NCBI GenBank assembly: GCA_050506795.1
Contig: JBJHCF010000013.1
Span: forward strand, 1-64,000
Origin: Opitutia bacterium
Lineage (GTDB): Bacteria; Verrucomicrobiota; Verrucomicrobiia; Opitutales; T3Sed10-336
Reading direction: 5' to 3'
Length of the DNA: 64,000 bases
Part shown: positions 10,098 through 19,929 of the stretch, in pieces
Numbering within the stretch: position 1 is the stretch's first letter
Layout: each line of letters begins with the position of its first letter
Translations under genes and position numbers: made by a program
Notes under the pieces: generated by a model
Databases searched by the model: none
Told to the model about the DNA's origin: nothing
Seen by the model: only the letters and a program-made list of their open reading frames with translations

Positions 10098-11720
10098 ATG
10101 AGTGATCAGCCGAATCGGGACGGGCGGCAGCGTGTGCCGAAATCCGTGACGGCGGTGGCGGTCGGTGTCTTTACGGTCCTCTTGACGGCGGCCGCCTTTC
10201 CCCCGTTCAACGTCGCGGAGGCGGCTTATGTTTTCGCGGTGCCGATCCTTCTTTGGCTCTGGCGCGGGGCGCCCTGGCGGGTCGCGCTGGCCACGATCGT
10301 GACGAGCCAGTTTATCGTTTGGCTGGTCCTGATCGTCTGGCTCCGGCATGTGACCTATCCGGGCTACGTGTTGGTTTGCGCCGTGCTCGGACTGTATTCG
10401 TCGATTTGGTACATCGTGGCGTGGCGATGGCTTCCGAAAATTCGCGAAGTGGCTTGGCGCGGCCGTATCGTCGTGCTGTTCGGTCTGGCCGGATTGTGGG
10501 TGGTGTTGGAGTGGGGCCGAACCTTTGTGTTGAGCGGATTTCCCTGGCTCACCCTGGCGGCCAGCCAGTGGGAGCGTCCGCTCCTTTTGCAAATTTCCGC
10601 CTGGACGGGAGCCTACGGTTTGTCGTTTGTCTTCATCTTTTTCAACCTGGCCCTGGCATCCTATTTCGACCGGTTGGCCCGGTTCTATCGTCAGGGCTTG
10701 CGCCGTCTGGCGCCCGAGTTTTACCTCGCGCTCGGGTTGTTGATGGCCGTTGCCTTCGGTGGATTCCGTTTCAGCGTGGCCCACGGCCAGGAACGGGAAC
10801 CGTTGCTGCGTGCCGGGCTGCTGCATCCCGATATTCCTCAGGACATGAAGTGGGAGCGGGAACACGCGCGTGAGATCCTGGAGATACTCGAGCGTGAAAC
10901 ACTGAGGTTGCTTGGAACCGAGCCCGACGTGGTTTTCTGGCCCGAGGCGGTCACGCCGTTTCCACTGGTGGGCGATGACTATGTCAGTTTTTGGGTGGAG
11001 GGCGTGGCCCGCCGCTTGGGCGCTCCGCTGGTAATCGGCTCCATGGCGGATGAATCGACTGGAAGCGAGGAGGAGGCTGTCTGGAGAAACGCGGCGTTCC
11101 TGGTGGACCCGGAAAAGGGGGTGAGTTCCTCGTATTATTCGAAACGAAAACTGGTGCCGTTCGGGGAGTACATTCCATTGCACCGATTCTGGCCCTGGAT
11201 GTCCCGGATCGTTCCCATCGGCGGAAATATCATGCCGGGCGAATCGGACCGGCCCATGACGGTGACTGTCGGCGGGGAGAGCCGGGCCGTCGGCCTGCTG
11301 ATTTGTTATGAGGACGTTTTCCCCTCGCTCGCTCGGCGCACCGCGCTCGAGGGGGCGGATTTTTTCGCGGTTATCAGCAACAATGCCTGGTATGGCAAGG
11401 AGGGAATGCCCGGCCAGCACGCCGCCCACTCGGTGCTGCGAGCGGTGGAAAACCGACGGCCGGTGGTGCGTTCGACCAATCAGGGCTGGACCGGATGGAT
11501 CGACGAGTACGGCAACGTTCGCGACGTCATGCTCGACAGCGACGGCAGCCCGTTTTTTCGCGGCGCGCAGGTTGTCGCCGTTCACCGCGACCCCCATTGG
11601 GCCGGCCGCCTGAGCTTTTATTCCCGTTACGGCGACTGGTTTGTGGCGTTGTGCGCCCTGATGACGATCGGAGCGCTGCCCGTTCTCAGATTCAGCCGTC
11701 CGTCAGCCGATACCGAATAA
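10098..11720 (+). CDS. lnt: Apolipoprotein N-acyltransferase
   Basis: Multi-TM N-terminus, GFPW, WPE, KRKLVPFGEYIP, ICYE, RAVENRR. Confidence 0.95.
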   Translation: MSDQPNRDGRQRVPKSVTAVAVGVFTVLLTAAAFPPFNVAEAAYVFAVPILLWLWRGAPWRVALATIVTSQFIVWLVLIVWLRHVTYPGYVLVCAVLGLYSSIWYIVAWRWLPKIREVAWRGRIVVLFGLAGLWVVLEWGRTFVLSGFPWLTLAASQWERPLLLQISAWTGAYGLSFVFIFFNLALASYFDRLARFYRQGLRRLAPEFYLALGLLMAVAFGGFRFSVAHGQEREPLLRAGLLHPDIPQDMKWEREHAREILEILERETLRLLGTEPDVVFWPEAVTPFPLVGDDYVSFWVEGVARRLGAPLVIGSMADESTGSEEEAVWRNAAFLVDPEKGVSSSYYSKRKLVPFGEYIPLHRFWPWMSRIVPIGGNIMPGESDRPMTVTVGGESRAVGLLICYEDVFPSLARRTALEGADFFAVISNNAWYGKEGMPGQHAAHSVLRAVENRRPVVRSTNQGWTGWIDEYGNVRDVMLDSDGSPFFRGAQVVAVHRDPHWAGRLSFYSRYGDWFVALCALMTIGALPVLRFSRPSADTE

Positions 11721-11735
11721 AAAGTAACCCTCCCC

Positions 11736-12272
11736 TTACCAGGTGTGCAGCACCAGGTTTCCTATGTTGCGGGCCAGTTTTTCGGTCAGGATGGGCATGG
11801 TCTGGTACTCGCTTTGCAGTCCCTGCAGGGGAATCTCTTCGTCAATGCCGAAAATGCCGTCGGTTTCGGTGCTGGTCTGACGGTTGCGAAAATAGACCCG
11901 TCCGTTGCGGGCGTCGATCAGGGTGCAGTGCGCGGTCATGCTCATGGTGAACTTACTGGCCAGGGCGGTGTCGTCGCCGCGTACGGCCGATGAGTCGCGA
12001 GTGTAATCCATAAGCGTGATCCTCAGGATGGCATCGGCTTCGTCGGGCCCGACCACGCGCACCCGTCCGTCACGCATCAGGTGTTCACGAACCTGGGTGG
12101 AGAGCAATGCCTGGGCCTGCGGCGCGTAGGAGCGGTTGGCGACCGGTTCGATGTACACCGTGCGAAAGGGAGTGCCGGCCGGTTTTCCCATTTGGTAGGT
12201 CGCGCAGCCGGCGAGCGTCAGCAGAAGCGCGGTGGCGAACAGGAGGGAAACGACTTGGCGTGCGGTTTTCAC
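11736..12272 (-). CDS. lptE: LPS assembly lipoprotein LptE-like
   Basis: Lipobox LAGC, size, C-terminal helix ending in W, position downstream of bamD. Confidence 0.7.
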   Translation of the reverse strand: MKTARQVVSLLFATALLLTLAGCATYQMGKPAGTPFRTVYIEPVANRSYAPQAQALLSTQVREHLMRDGRVRVVGPDEADAILRITLMDYTRDSSAVRGDDTALASKFTMSMTAHCTLIDARNGRVYFRNRQTSTETDGIFGIDEEIPLQGLQSEYQTMPILTEKLARNIGNLVLHTW

Positions 12273-12319
12273 GTGGGTGCTTCAATAAAGAGGGACCGTA
12301 GTCGAAGGCAATGCCGGGT

Positions 12320-13339
12320 TTAGGATTCGGTTCCGGTTCCGGGCCCCAGCCCTTCGATCTCACGGAGGCGCTCGCGGGCTTCGTCGGCGCTGGGAGAGTT
12401 GGGCGAAGAGGTGATGGCTTCGTTGTAGAACACACGAGCGGCCACGTAGTTTTGCCGGCGAAAGTGGTAGAACTCGCCGATCAACAGTTTGCTCCGGGCC
12501 AGAATATCACGCATTTCCGCCAGTTCCTCTTCCGCGGCTTCGGCATGCGTGCTCATCGGATAAAGAATGAGGAAATCCTCGTAGTGCGCGATCGCATTGC
12601 GGGTGGATCCCTGGTCATAGGCTGGGCCGACCACCATTCCGGCATGACTGCGGGCCAGGCCGAGGTGCGAATCGGGCGCCAAAAGGTGATCGGGATAATC
12701 GTTGATCAGCCGTTCGTAGGCATCGATGGCATCCTCCGGTCGGTTCCGGTTTTTCTCCACCTGCGCCATGTAGGCGAGGGCGACCGGGGCATAGTCGCTG
12801 AAGGGTGCATTGGCCACGACCTGGTCCAGCATTCCCACCGCCCGCTCCATGTTGCGAAATCCGGGAAGAACCCAGAGAAGGCGGAAGCGGGCCCCCTCCG
12901 CGACGCCGGTGGCTATCTGGAACTGCATGCCGATGACCTCGGAGTACCGGCGGTAGTCCGGGTATCGCCGAACGATCGTGTCGAGCGCGTCGAAAGCCTG
13001 GTTCCACTGGCGCCGATCGCGACGGATCAGCGCGGACTGAAAAAGCGCCTCCGGGGCGTAGACCGAGTCGGGATAAAGCCGATGGACGCGGCGGTACCGC
13101 CGCAGGGCGCGGATTTTGCGTTCCTGCTCCTGCAGCTCCCGCGCCTCGTTCATCAACTCCAGCGCTTCCGCGGGCCGCGATTTCCTGGCTTCGCTCGGGG
13201 TCGGATCGACCAGGGTCCAGCCTTCCTGCGGCGACCACACCAGTTCGGCCTTGAGCGGAGTTGTGGTTACCGGCGCCAGCAGGCCGGCGCAGGCCAGGAG
13301 GAACGGAGTTAGCCGGGTTATTAGGCTGTGGAATGGCAT
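12320..13339 (-). CDS. bamD: Outer membrane protein assembly factor BamD-like TPR protein
   Basis: Signal peptide, TPR repeats (YPDSVYAPEALF), YDQGSTRNAI..Y..F...YP, FY...NYVAA. Confidence 0.8.
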   Translation of the reverse strand: MPFHSLITRLTPFLLACAGLLAPVTTTPLKAELVWSPQEGWTLVDPTPSEARKSRPAEALELMNEARELQEQERKIRALRRYRRVHRLYPDSVYAPEALFQSALIRRDRRQWNQAFDALDTIVRRYPDYRRYSEVIGMQFQIATGVAEGARFRLLWVLPGFRNMERAVGMLDQVVANAPFSDYAPVALAYMAQVEKNRNRPEDAIDAYERLINDYPDHLLAPDSHLGLARSHAGMVVGPAYDQGSTRNAIAHYEDFLILYPMSTHAEAAEEELAEMRDILARSKLLIGEFYHFRRQNYVAARVFYNEAITSSPNSPSADEARERLREIEGLGPGTGTES

Positions 13340-13494
13340 GAGAAAATCGTGTGTTTCAGCGTATCGGCTACTGTTCGTGGAAAAACGCCGGTTGTAAAGA
13401 GCGCTTTGCGGTCCGGGGCCGGCTTTTGGTCGTCCTCGGGTTGACAGGCGGGCCCGGTGGGGCTTTTTATCAAGAGGTGTTTGCTCCCAATTTT

Positions 13495-14781
13495 ATGACC
13501 CGCCTTATTCAATTCAAAACCGTGATGATTCTGGCGATGCCGGCACTGCTATTCGTGGTTCACCCGGCGTTGCACGGCGTCACCGAGGACCAAGGGATCG
13601 GTACGATTCGAGTGGCTGTTCCCGAGGGTGACGAACGGGTTCACCGAGGGATTCCGGTTTCGGTCGAACTTCCCGACGACTTTCCTTTCTGGCGGCCCTG
13701 GCGGTTGCTGGATGCGGTTGACCCCGACAGGAGCCCGGCATCCCTGCAACTCGAACCCGGGTCGCCCCGCAGCGGGTGGTTTATTCTGCCGGGTGAGATT
13801 GCCTCCGGCGAGGTGCGGGAGTTCCGGGTGGTTCCCGGGCCGCCGGTTTCGGAGAATCCGGTCGCGATCGAGGTTGGGGTCGAGGATGCGCGCCTGACCC
13901 GGGACGGCGAAACAGTTCTCCGGTATTGGCACTCGCCCCCGGCTCCGCCCGAGGGGTATTCCGATCTTTATCTGCGCAGCGGGTTTATTCATCCCGTTTA
14001 CAGCCCGGACGGCCGGATGGTGACCGACAGCTTTCCACCCGACCATCCGCATCACATGGGTGTCTGGACCGCCTGGACCAGGACCCGGTTCGAGGATCGG
14101 CAGGTGGATTTCTGGAATGCGCACGTGGAACAAGGTACGGTGCGTTTCGCCGCTTTCGACACGTTTTTTGCCGGACCGGTTTTCGCCGGGTTCAAGGCCC
14201 GCCACGAACACGTCGACTTCACCGCTCCCGGCGGGGAAAAGGTCGCTTTGGACGAGGTTTGGGATGTGCGTGCCTGGGCGGCGGGCGACGGCGAACGGGC
14301 TTATCGTTTGTGGGACCTGGAGGCGCGGCAGACTCCGGCCTCCGATTCACCGCTCGAACTCCTGGAATACCATTACGGGGGGTTGGGTTTCCGCGGCGCA
14401 CGCGACTGGGTGGACGGCAATCACCGGCTGCTCAGTTCCGAAGGACGCGTCAAATCCGACGCTCATGCCACCGAAGCGCGCTGGGTAGCGCACAATGGCG
14501 AGATCGACGGAGGAGAGGCTACCGTCGTCATGCTGGTCCATCCGGAGAACTATCGCTTCCCAACTCCCATGCGGGTTTGGGAGTCGGGGGGATCCTTTTT
14601 TTGCTGGGCTCCGGTGCAGGCGGGCGGATGGACCCTGGCTCCGGGCGACGAAGAAATCATGCGGTATCGCTTCCTGGTTCATGACGGTCCGATCGACGGC
14701 GATTGGGCCGAAAATGCCTGGCACGCCTATGCCAATCCGCCGACCGCGACTTTTACCCCAGCCGCTGTTGCGGGCGAATAA
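13495..14781 (+). CDS. Secreted DUF6807/'PmoA family' protein
   Basis: FIHPVYSPDG, PDHPHHMGVW, HYGGLGFRG, HPEN motifs; signal-like N-terminus; start uncertain. Confidence 0.7.
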   Translation: MTRLIQFKTVMILAMPALLFVVHPALHGVTEDQGIGTIRVAVPEGDERVHRGIPVSVELPDDFPFWRPWRLLDAVDPDRSPASLQLEPGSPRSGWFILPGEIASGEVREFRVVPGPPVSENPVAIEVGVEDARLTRDGETVLRYWHSPPAPPEGYSDLYLRSGFIHPVYSPDGRMVTDSFPPDHPHHMGVWTAWTRTRFEDRQVDFWNAHVEQGTVRFAAFDTFFAGPVFAGFKARHEHVDFTAPGGEKVALDEVWDVRAWAAGDGERAYRLWDLEARQTPASDSPLELLEYHYGGLGFRGARDWVDGNHRLLSSEGRVKSDAHATEARWVAHNGEIDGGEATVVMLVHPENYRFPTPMRVWESGGSFFCWAPVQAGGWTLAPGDEEIMRYRFLVHDGPIDGDWAENAWHAYANPPTATFTPAAVAGE

Positions 14782-14792
14782 GGAGAAATTCG

Positions 14793-15119
14793 ATGAGTGC
14801 GTCTGACACCCAGATCGGAAACAATTCGGCGCGACCCGACGCGGAAAAGCTCCTTGACCAGGTTTTCCTGGAGGCGCGATCCAAAGTGATCGATCTCGCG
14901 GCCATTCTGGATCGGTTGCAGCGTTATGGCGGTGTCGACGATTACCGGCTGCGCGCGTTTTACGAGGCCCTGGAGGAACTCCGGAAGGATGGAGATCCGG
15001 ACCGGGCGCGACGGGTCCTCCTGCGTTTCAGCGATCCCACCTCCGATCCGGTGGAAAAACCACTAAAACCCGTCGCCACCGGAGCCTGGCCGGGGGAGCG
15101 ATCCGAGTCGAAACCTTAA
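14793..15119 (+). CDS. Hypothetical protein (108 aa)
   Basis: [25 protein letters not shown] helix; lies between DUF6807 and TatD-like genes. Confidence 0.75.
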   Translation: MSASDTQIGNNSARPDAEKLLDQVFLEARSKVIDLAAILDRLQRYGGVDDYRLRAFYEALEELRKDGDPDRARRVLLRFSDPTSDPVEKPLKPVATGAWPGERSESKP

Positions 15120-15132
15120 CGAGATTCTGTTT

Positions 15133-15939
15133 GTGCGCTATATTGAACCACACGGACACATGGTCAGCCGGACCACCGACGACTACCTCGCAATGGTCAC
15201 GGCCGGTTGCCGGGCGGTTTGCGAGCCCGCTTTCTGGGCCGGGTACGACCGCAAATCCGCCGAAGGGTTTTACGACTATTTCTGCCAACTGACCGATTAC
15301 GAGCCCAAGAGGGCCGCGAAGTTCGGTCTGCCCCATTTCAGTTGGCTCTGCCTCAATCCCAAGGAAGCGGAGGATCTCAAACTGGCGGAGGATGTGCTCG
15401 CCCTGATTCCGGAGTTCCTCGACCGGCCCAATGTGCTCGGGATCGGGGAGATCGGTCTCAACAAAAACACCCGCAACGAGCTGGCCGTACTGGAGCGCCA
15501 CATCGACCTGGCGGCCTCCCATAACCAGTTGATCCTGGTGCACACCCCCCACCTTGAGGACAAACTGAAAGGCACGCGATTGATTCTCGATGCGCTCTCG
15601 GCCGACCAACGAATCGATCCCGGCCGCGTCATCATCGATCATGTGGAGGAACACACCGTGGACCTCGTGCTCGACCGCGGATTCTGGGCGGGGATCACCT
15701 TGTATCCGGAATCCAAATGCACCTCCGCGCGCGCAGTCGATATCCTGGAACTGTACGGTCGCGAACGCATTTGGATGAATTGTGCCTGCGATTGGGGGGT
15801 AAGCGATCCTCTGGCGGTTCCCAAAACCGCCCTGGAATTTCGTCGGCGGGGGCATTCGGACGCTTTCATTGAGCAAGTCCTTTACCACAACCCGAGAACC
15901 TTTCTCCAGCAGTCCTCCCGCTTTCGCCTCCCTGGATAG
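15133..15939 (+). CDS. TatD-family metallohydrolase (EboB-like)
   Basis: [44 protein letters not shown]. Confidence 0.85.
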   Translation: MRYIEPHGHMVSRTTDDYLAMVTAGCRAVCEPAFWAGYDRKSAEGFYDYFCQLTDYEPKRAAKFGLPHFSWLCLNPKEAEDLKLAEDVLALIPEFLDRPNVLGIGEIGLNKNTRNELAVLERHIDLAASHNQLILVHTPHLEDKLKGTRLILDALSADQRIDPGRVIIDHVEEHTVDLVLDRGFWAGITLYPESKCTSARAVDILELYGRERIWMNCACDWGVSDPLAVPKTALEFRRRGHSDAFIEQVLYHNPRTFLQQSSRFRLPG

Positions 15940-15942
15940 ACT

Positions 15943-16006
15943 GAATGGCACTGGGTTAGGCGGTGAATCGAAGGCGAATAGCCAAATGGCATCGGCCGTT
16001 CCCCTG
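15943..16006 (+). mobile_element. Truncated end of the IS4-like MITE
   Basis: GAATGGCACTGGGTTAGGCGGTGAATCGAAGG...GCATCGGCCGTTCCCCTG matches 6613 and the reverse complement of 52748. Confidence 0.7.
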
Positions 16007-16059
16007 CCACGGCGCAGGTTCTGTAGCCCCGTTGCCGGAGGTGTGGGCCGAGGTCTGAA

Positions 16060-17109
16060 TCAGAGAGTCGGGATCATCGGCGCGAATCTCAGGGCCTGGT
16101 CGAAAATATCCTGACGGAAGATTCGCGCCCCGAAGGTTTCGGGTGACGAACTGGACAAAGGAAAGGCGTTGTTCTCCAGGAGCGCCTCCGTGATCCAGGC
16201 GGCTTTTCGGGTGTCGGGACTGTTCACGTGTTCCCCGTAAAACCGGATCCTTTCGTTTCCTGACGATCCCTCCTCCAGGCTCTGGCGCAGGACCGTATCG
16301 GAAACATCCAGGCGGTCGCTTCTCGCCAAAATGCTCACAAGGTCGTTCCGGTTTTCGGGGGCGTCGCAAAATCGGCACGCTTCGAGCAGGGCGGTGATCA
16401 GGGCGAGGTGTTCCTCCTGCCGGGTTTCGTGGAAATCTTTGCGCACCATAAGGACCTTCTCCGGGTGGCCCGGGTTGATGTCCGCGCTGACCGCGACGCG
16501 GGCGCCCATTTTGCGGTGAACCGCCAGGGTGTTCCAGGGTTCGCCCACGCAACACCCGTCGATGTGGCCGGTGGCCATCGTGCGGAAGAGAAGGGATGGC
16601 GGAACGATGACCAGCTTGACGTCCTTCTCCGGATCGATTCCGCCTCCGCGCAGCCAGCGTTTGAGGAGGCTCCAGTGAGAGGAGTACGGAAAAACCGCGG
16701 CAAAGGTGTAAACCCGTCGTCCGCGATCTTCCGAGATTATCTTTCTCAGTCCTTCGGCGTCTGTGGCGCCCCTTTCGTGAAGTTCACGGGAAAGGGTGAT
16801 TCCGTTCCCTTGCAGGTTAAGGACGAGGCCGGAGATGCAGGGACAGGGAATCGAGCCCAGACCGAGGGAAAGCGCGAAAGGCATGGGGCCGAGCGCGTGG
16901 GCGGCGTCGAGTTGGCGACCGGCGATTTTGTCGCGTATCGTCGCCCAACCGACCTCGCGGCTCAGGACCACCTCCAGGCCGTACTTGCGGAAGAGGCCCA
17001 GTTCCGCCGCCACCAGGAATGGCGCGGCATCGGTGAGCGGAAGGTATCCGACCCGCAGGCTGTGCGAGCGGTCGTGGATGGCGGGAGCGGATTCGAATCG
17101 GTCGTTCAT
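16060..17109 (-). CDS. NrtA/CmpA-family binding-fold protein without signal peptide (NasS-like)
   Basis: VGYLPLTDAAP, WATIRDK, FPYSSH, DGCCVGEPW, HPEKVL; no signal peptide or TM helix. Confidence 0.8.
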   Translation of the reverse strand: MNDRFESAPAIHDRSHSLRVGYLPLTDAAPFLVAAELGLFRKYGLEVVLSREVGWATIRDKIAGRQLDAAHALGPMPFALSLGLGSIPCPCISGLVLNLQGNGITLSRELHERGATDAEGLRKIISEDRGRRVYTFAAVFPYSSHWSLLKRWLRGGGIDPEKDVKLVIVPPSLLFRTMATGHIDGCCVGEPWNTLAVHRKMGARVAVSADINPGHPEKVLMVRKDFHETRQEEHLALITALLEACRFCDAPENRNDLVSILARSDRLDVSDTVLRQSLEEGSSGNERIRFYGEHVNSPDTRKAAWITEALLENNAFPLSSSSPETFGARIFRQDIFDQALRFAPMIPTL

Positions 17110-17141
17110 TTTACGGCAATGGTTCGGGTCTGCCCTGTTTT

Positions 17142-17157
17142 AGCCAGAACCATGCCT
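17142..17157 (-). promoter_or_regulatory. Possible sigma-54 promoter for the NasS-like gene
   Basis: Minus strand AGGCATGGTTCTGGCT has GG-N10-GC spacing ~33 nt upstream of the ATG; imperfect match to TGGCACG-N4-TTGC. Confidence 0.35.
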
Positions 17158-17206
17158 GCACGTGCCAATGGTCCGATTGTTGCTGCTCATTAATTTCATG
17201 AGAATC

Positions 17207-17221
17207 ATGAATCGTCCTCAT
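17207..17221. promoter_or_regulatory. Putative LysR-type binding box
   Basis: ATGA-N7-TCAT (T-N11-A) dyad immediately upstream of the divergent LysR start. Confidence 0.5.
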
Positions 17222-17223
17222 GC

Positions 17224-18168
17224 ATGACCGAATCAATTGACAGCAGGCAGCTGGTGGCCTTTGCCACCTTGGCTCGGACCGGAAGTTTTACCCGGACGGC
17301 GGAGCGGCTGTTTTTGTCCCAGTCCGCCATCAGCCATGCCATTAAGAACCTGGAGACGGAGCTGGGGTGTTCACTTTTGAACAGGCAGGGCAAGAAGATC
17401 CACCTGACGGAGGCCGGTGAGACGCTGCTTGCGCGCGCCGACCGGATCCTGGCGGAGATGGCTGAAGCGCGGCGCGAACTGGCCGATCTCAACGACTGGG
17501 GGCAGGGGCGTTTGCGGGTGGGTGCCAGCGCGTCTTCCTGCCAGTACATTCTTCCGGCGGTGATCCGGGAATTCAAAGAAAGTTTTCCCGAGTGCGCGGT
17601 GATTATCCATCCGGCGGATACGCCGGCGAGCCGTGATCTGCTGCGCCGCAACGAGATCGATTTGGCCCTTTGTCTGGAGCCGGAAAACGATCGCGAGTTT
17701 GCTTTCCGGGAGCTCTTTTCCGACGAGATGCGTTACCTGGTATCGCCCCGCCATCCCTGGGCCCGAGCCGGCTGTGCGGTGCGCGATCAGATTTCCAAGC
17801 AGCGCTTTATTCTGTATAACAAGGCAAGCCTCACCTTCCGCATGGTGGCGGAATACTTTAGCCGGGAGGGACTGCAACTACACGACTTCGTGGAGTTGGG
17901 CAGTCAGGAGGCGATCAAGGAACTGGTCAAGATCGGCATGGGTGTGGGTATTACCGCGTCCTGGGTCGTACGCAAGGAACTGGAGGACGGGTCACTCGTC
18001 ATGCTTCCGCTGGGCCGGCGCAAACTGCGTCGCACCTGGGGCATCGGTCACTTGCGCCAACGCCGCCTCTCCCTGGCGGAAGAAACCTTTGCCGGACTGT
18101 GTGAAATCGTCACGAAGGACATTGAAGAAGTCAGAAGTTTGAAGCCGGGCGCTACGAGAGTTCCATGA
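17224..18168 (+). CDS. LysR-family transcriptional regulator
   Basis: GSFTRTAERLFLSQSAISHAIKNLE HTH plus substrate-binding domain. Confidence 0.95.
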   Translation: MTESIDSRQLVAFATLARTGSFTRTAERLFLSQSAISHAIKNLETELGCSLLNRQGKKIHLTEAGETLLARADRILAEMAEARRELADLNDWGQGRLRVGASASSCQYILPAVIREFKESFPECAVIIHPADTPASRDLLRRNEIDLALCLEPENDREFAFRELFSDEMRYLVSPRHPWARAGCAVRDQISKQRFILYNKASLTFRMVAEYFSREGLQLHDFVELGSQEAIKELVKIGMGVGITASWVVRKELEDGSLVMLPLGRRKLRRTWGIGHLRQRRLSLAEETFAGLCEIVTKDIEEVRSLKPGATRVP

Positions 18169-18171
18169 CCC

Positions 18172-18195
18172 GTAGCTCCGTGAATTAAGCCGGAG
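18172..18195 (+). repeat. GTAG-type REP-like hairpin (degenerate)
   Basis: GTAG-CTCCG-TGAATTAAGC-CGGAG, 3 nt after the LysR stop. Confidence 0.45.
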
Positions 18196-18363
18196 AGAAT
18201 TGCCTGCTTTTGAAGACATTCAGAATAACATCGACAGTCGGAATTTTGGATTTTTGAAAAACCGCAAAGAATTCATCCTTTTATGCGTTCGCTGCGTAGT
18301 GGCCGACAGGTACGGAAAAGAATACCTTTGCCGGGATTCAATGCGAAGGATCAAATAAGAAAC

Positions 18364-19881
18364 GTGAATTTGTTCCGGAGCACATGGTCTCGCCCGCTGT
18401 GGGCGTTCCTGATGGTGGTCGCGGGGTTGACGCTGGCTTTTTTTGTCCAGGATTGGCGAGCCCTGGTTCCCAGTGTACTGGCTCTGGCGCTGGTGGTTCT
18501 CCTCCGCCGGGCGGCGGCGGCGATCTGGACGGGCGCCCTGGTCGGACTGTGGATCGCGGCGGATTTCGAGTTGGGGCGGGGAGTGCAGGACGGCTGGGCT
18601 ACCCTGGTCGGTATTTTCACGCCGGGGGGATGGCGGTTTTACGCGGTGATTTTCACCGTTTTGATGGGTGGGTTTGCGGTGATGCTCGAGGGCAACGGTG
18701 GTTTTGAGCGGTTGGTCGCCCGGATGATCGGCCGGTTTCGCGATCGCCGCAAAGGAGTGCAGTGGACGACCTGCGGGGCGGGCTTGCTCTGCTTTTTCGA
18801 CGGTTTGGCCAGCAGCGTTATGGTTGGCCGGCTGATGCGCAAACCGGCGGAGATGGCCCGTCTCTCGGGGGCAAAACTGTCCTACCTGGTCGACTCCACC
18901 AGTTCCTCGGTTACCTGCCTGGCTTTTGTCTCCACCTGGATCGCCTTTCAGTTGGGGATGATTACCGAGGGACTGGAACAGGCTGGGTGGGAGGCGAACG
19001 CGTACGGGTTGTTCTTTCGAACGATTCCTTTTAACTTCTATTGTCTCCTGACCCTGGTGCTCGTGTTCCTGGCGGTTCGCTTTTCCTGGCATCCCGGTCC
19101 CATGGCGCGACGGGAAGCGGAAATGAAGGCACTGCCGGAAGCGCCATTGGCCGTCGATATGGCATCAAGAGGCGGATTGTGGCGGCTTTTCCCTTTGCCG
19201 GTGCTGGTGGTTTGTCTTTTTGGCGGAATGTACTGGAGCGGTTCGGGAGGCGGACTTCCGCGCTCGTTTGCCGAAATCGGCGATGCGTTCGGCGCCGCGG
19301 ATGCGGGATTGGTGCTGGTGATATCGGCCTCGATCGGCATTGCCTGCGTCTGGGTGACGTACGGCCGGGAGTCCTGGTTCACGCGGAAAGGCGCGGCCGG
19401 ACGGTTGGCGCTGGGGATGCGAGGCATGTTGCCGCCGGTCGGGATTTTGTTGGGCGCCTGGATGCTGGGGGCCTCCCTGAGCGGACTCGGCACGGCCGAT
19501 ATGCTGGTGGGGATGATGGGAGATTCGGTGCGGCCGGTTCTGCTGATTCCGGCGCTGTTCATTGTCGCCGCCCTGGTCGGACTTTCCACCGGCACTTCCT
19601 GGGGCACCATCGGCATCCTGCTGCCGTTGGCCATTCCACTGACTGCGTCGCTGGGGGTGGCGGAAACGCCGGCGGATGGGGTGGTGCCGCTGGCCATCGC
19701 GGCGGTTTTCGGCGGGGCGGTGTTTGGGGATCACTGTTCGCCCCTCAGCGATACCACCATTGTTTCCGCCGCCGCCTGCGGAGTCGACCCTCGCGAACAC
19801 GCGCTTACCCAGGCGCCCTACGCCGGAATCGCCGCGGGCGGAGCGTTGGTGCTGTACGCGCTGTGGGCGCTGTTGCTCTGA
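18364..19881 (+). CDS. Na+/H+ antiporter NhaC-family membrane transporter
   Basis: KLSYLVDST, STGTSWGT, GAVFGDHCSPLSDTTIVS motifs; many TM helices; start uncertain. Confidence 0.85.
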   Translation: MNLFRSTWSRPLWAFLMVVAGLTLAFFVQDWRALVPSVLALALVVLLRRAAAAIWTGALVGLWIAADFELGRGVQDGWATLVGIFTPGGWRFYAVIFTVLMGGFAVMLEGNGGFERLVARMIGRFRDRRKGVQWTTCGAGLLCFFDGLASSVMVGRLMRKPAEMARLSGAKLSYLVDSTSSSVTCLAFVSTWIAFQLGMITEGLEQAGWEANAYGLFFRTIPFNFYCLLTLVLVFLAVRFSWHPGPMARREAEMKALPEAPLAVDMASRGGLWRLFPLPVLVVCLFGGMYWSGSGGGLPRSFAEIGDAFGAADAGLVLVISASIGIACVWVTYGRESWFTRKGAAGRLALGMRGMLPPVGILLGAWMLGASLSGLGTADMLVGMMGDSVRPVLLIPALFIVAALVGLSTGTSWGTIGILLPLAIPLTASLGVAETPADGVVPLAIAAVFGGAVFGDHCSPLSDTTIVSAAACGVDPREHALTQAPYAGIAAGGALVLYALWALLL

Positions 19882-19929
19882 GGACAGGAATCTCAACACC
19901 TCCGCCAAACGGGCGGAAGCCGTTAAGGC

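Noticed and set aside
13495..14781. 'PmoA family' label implying methane oxidation
   Set aside because: It is a soluble secreted DUF6807-type protein, not membrane PmoA, and no pmoC/pmoB is present
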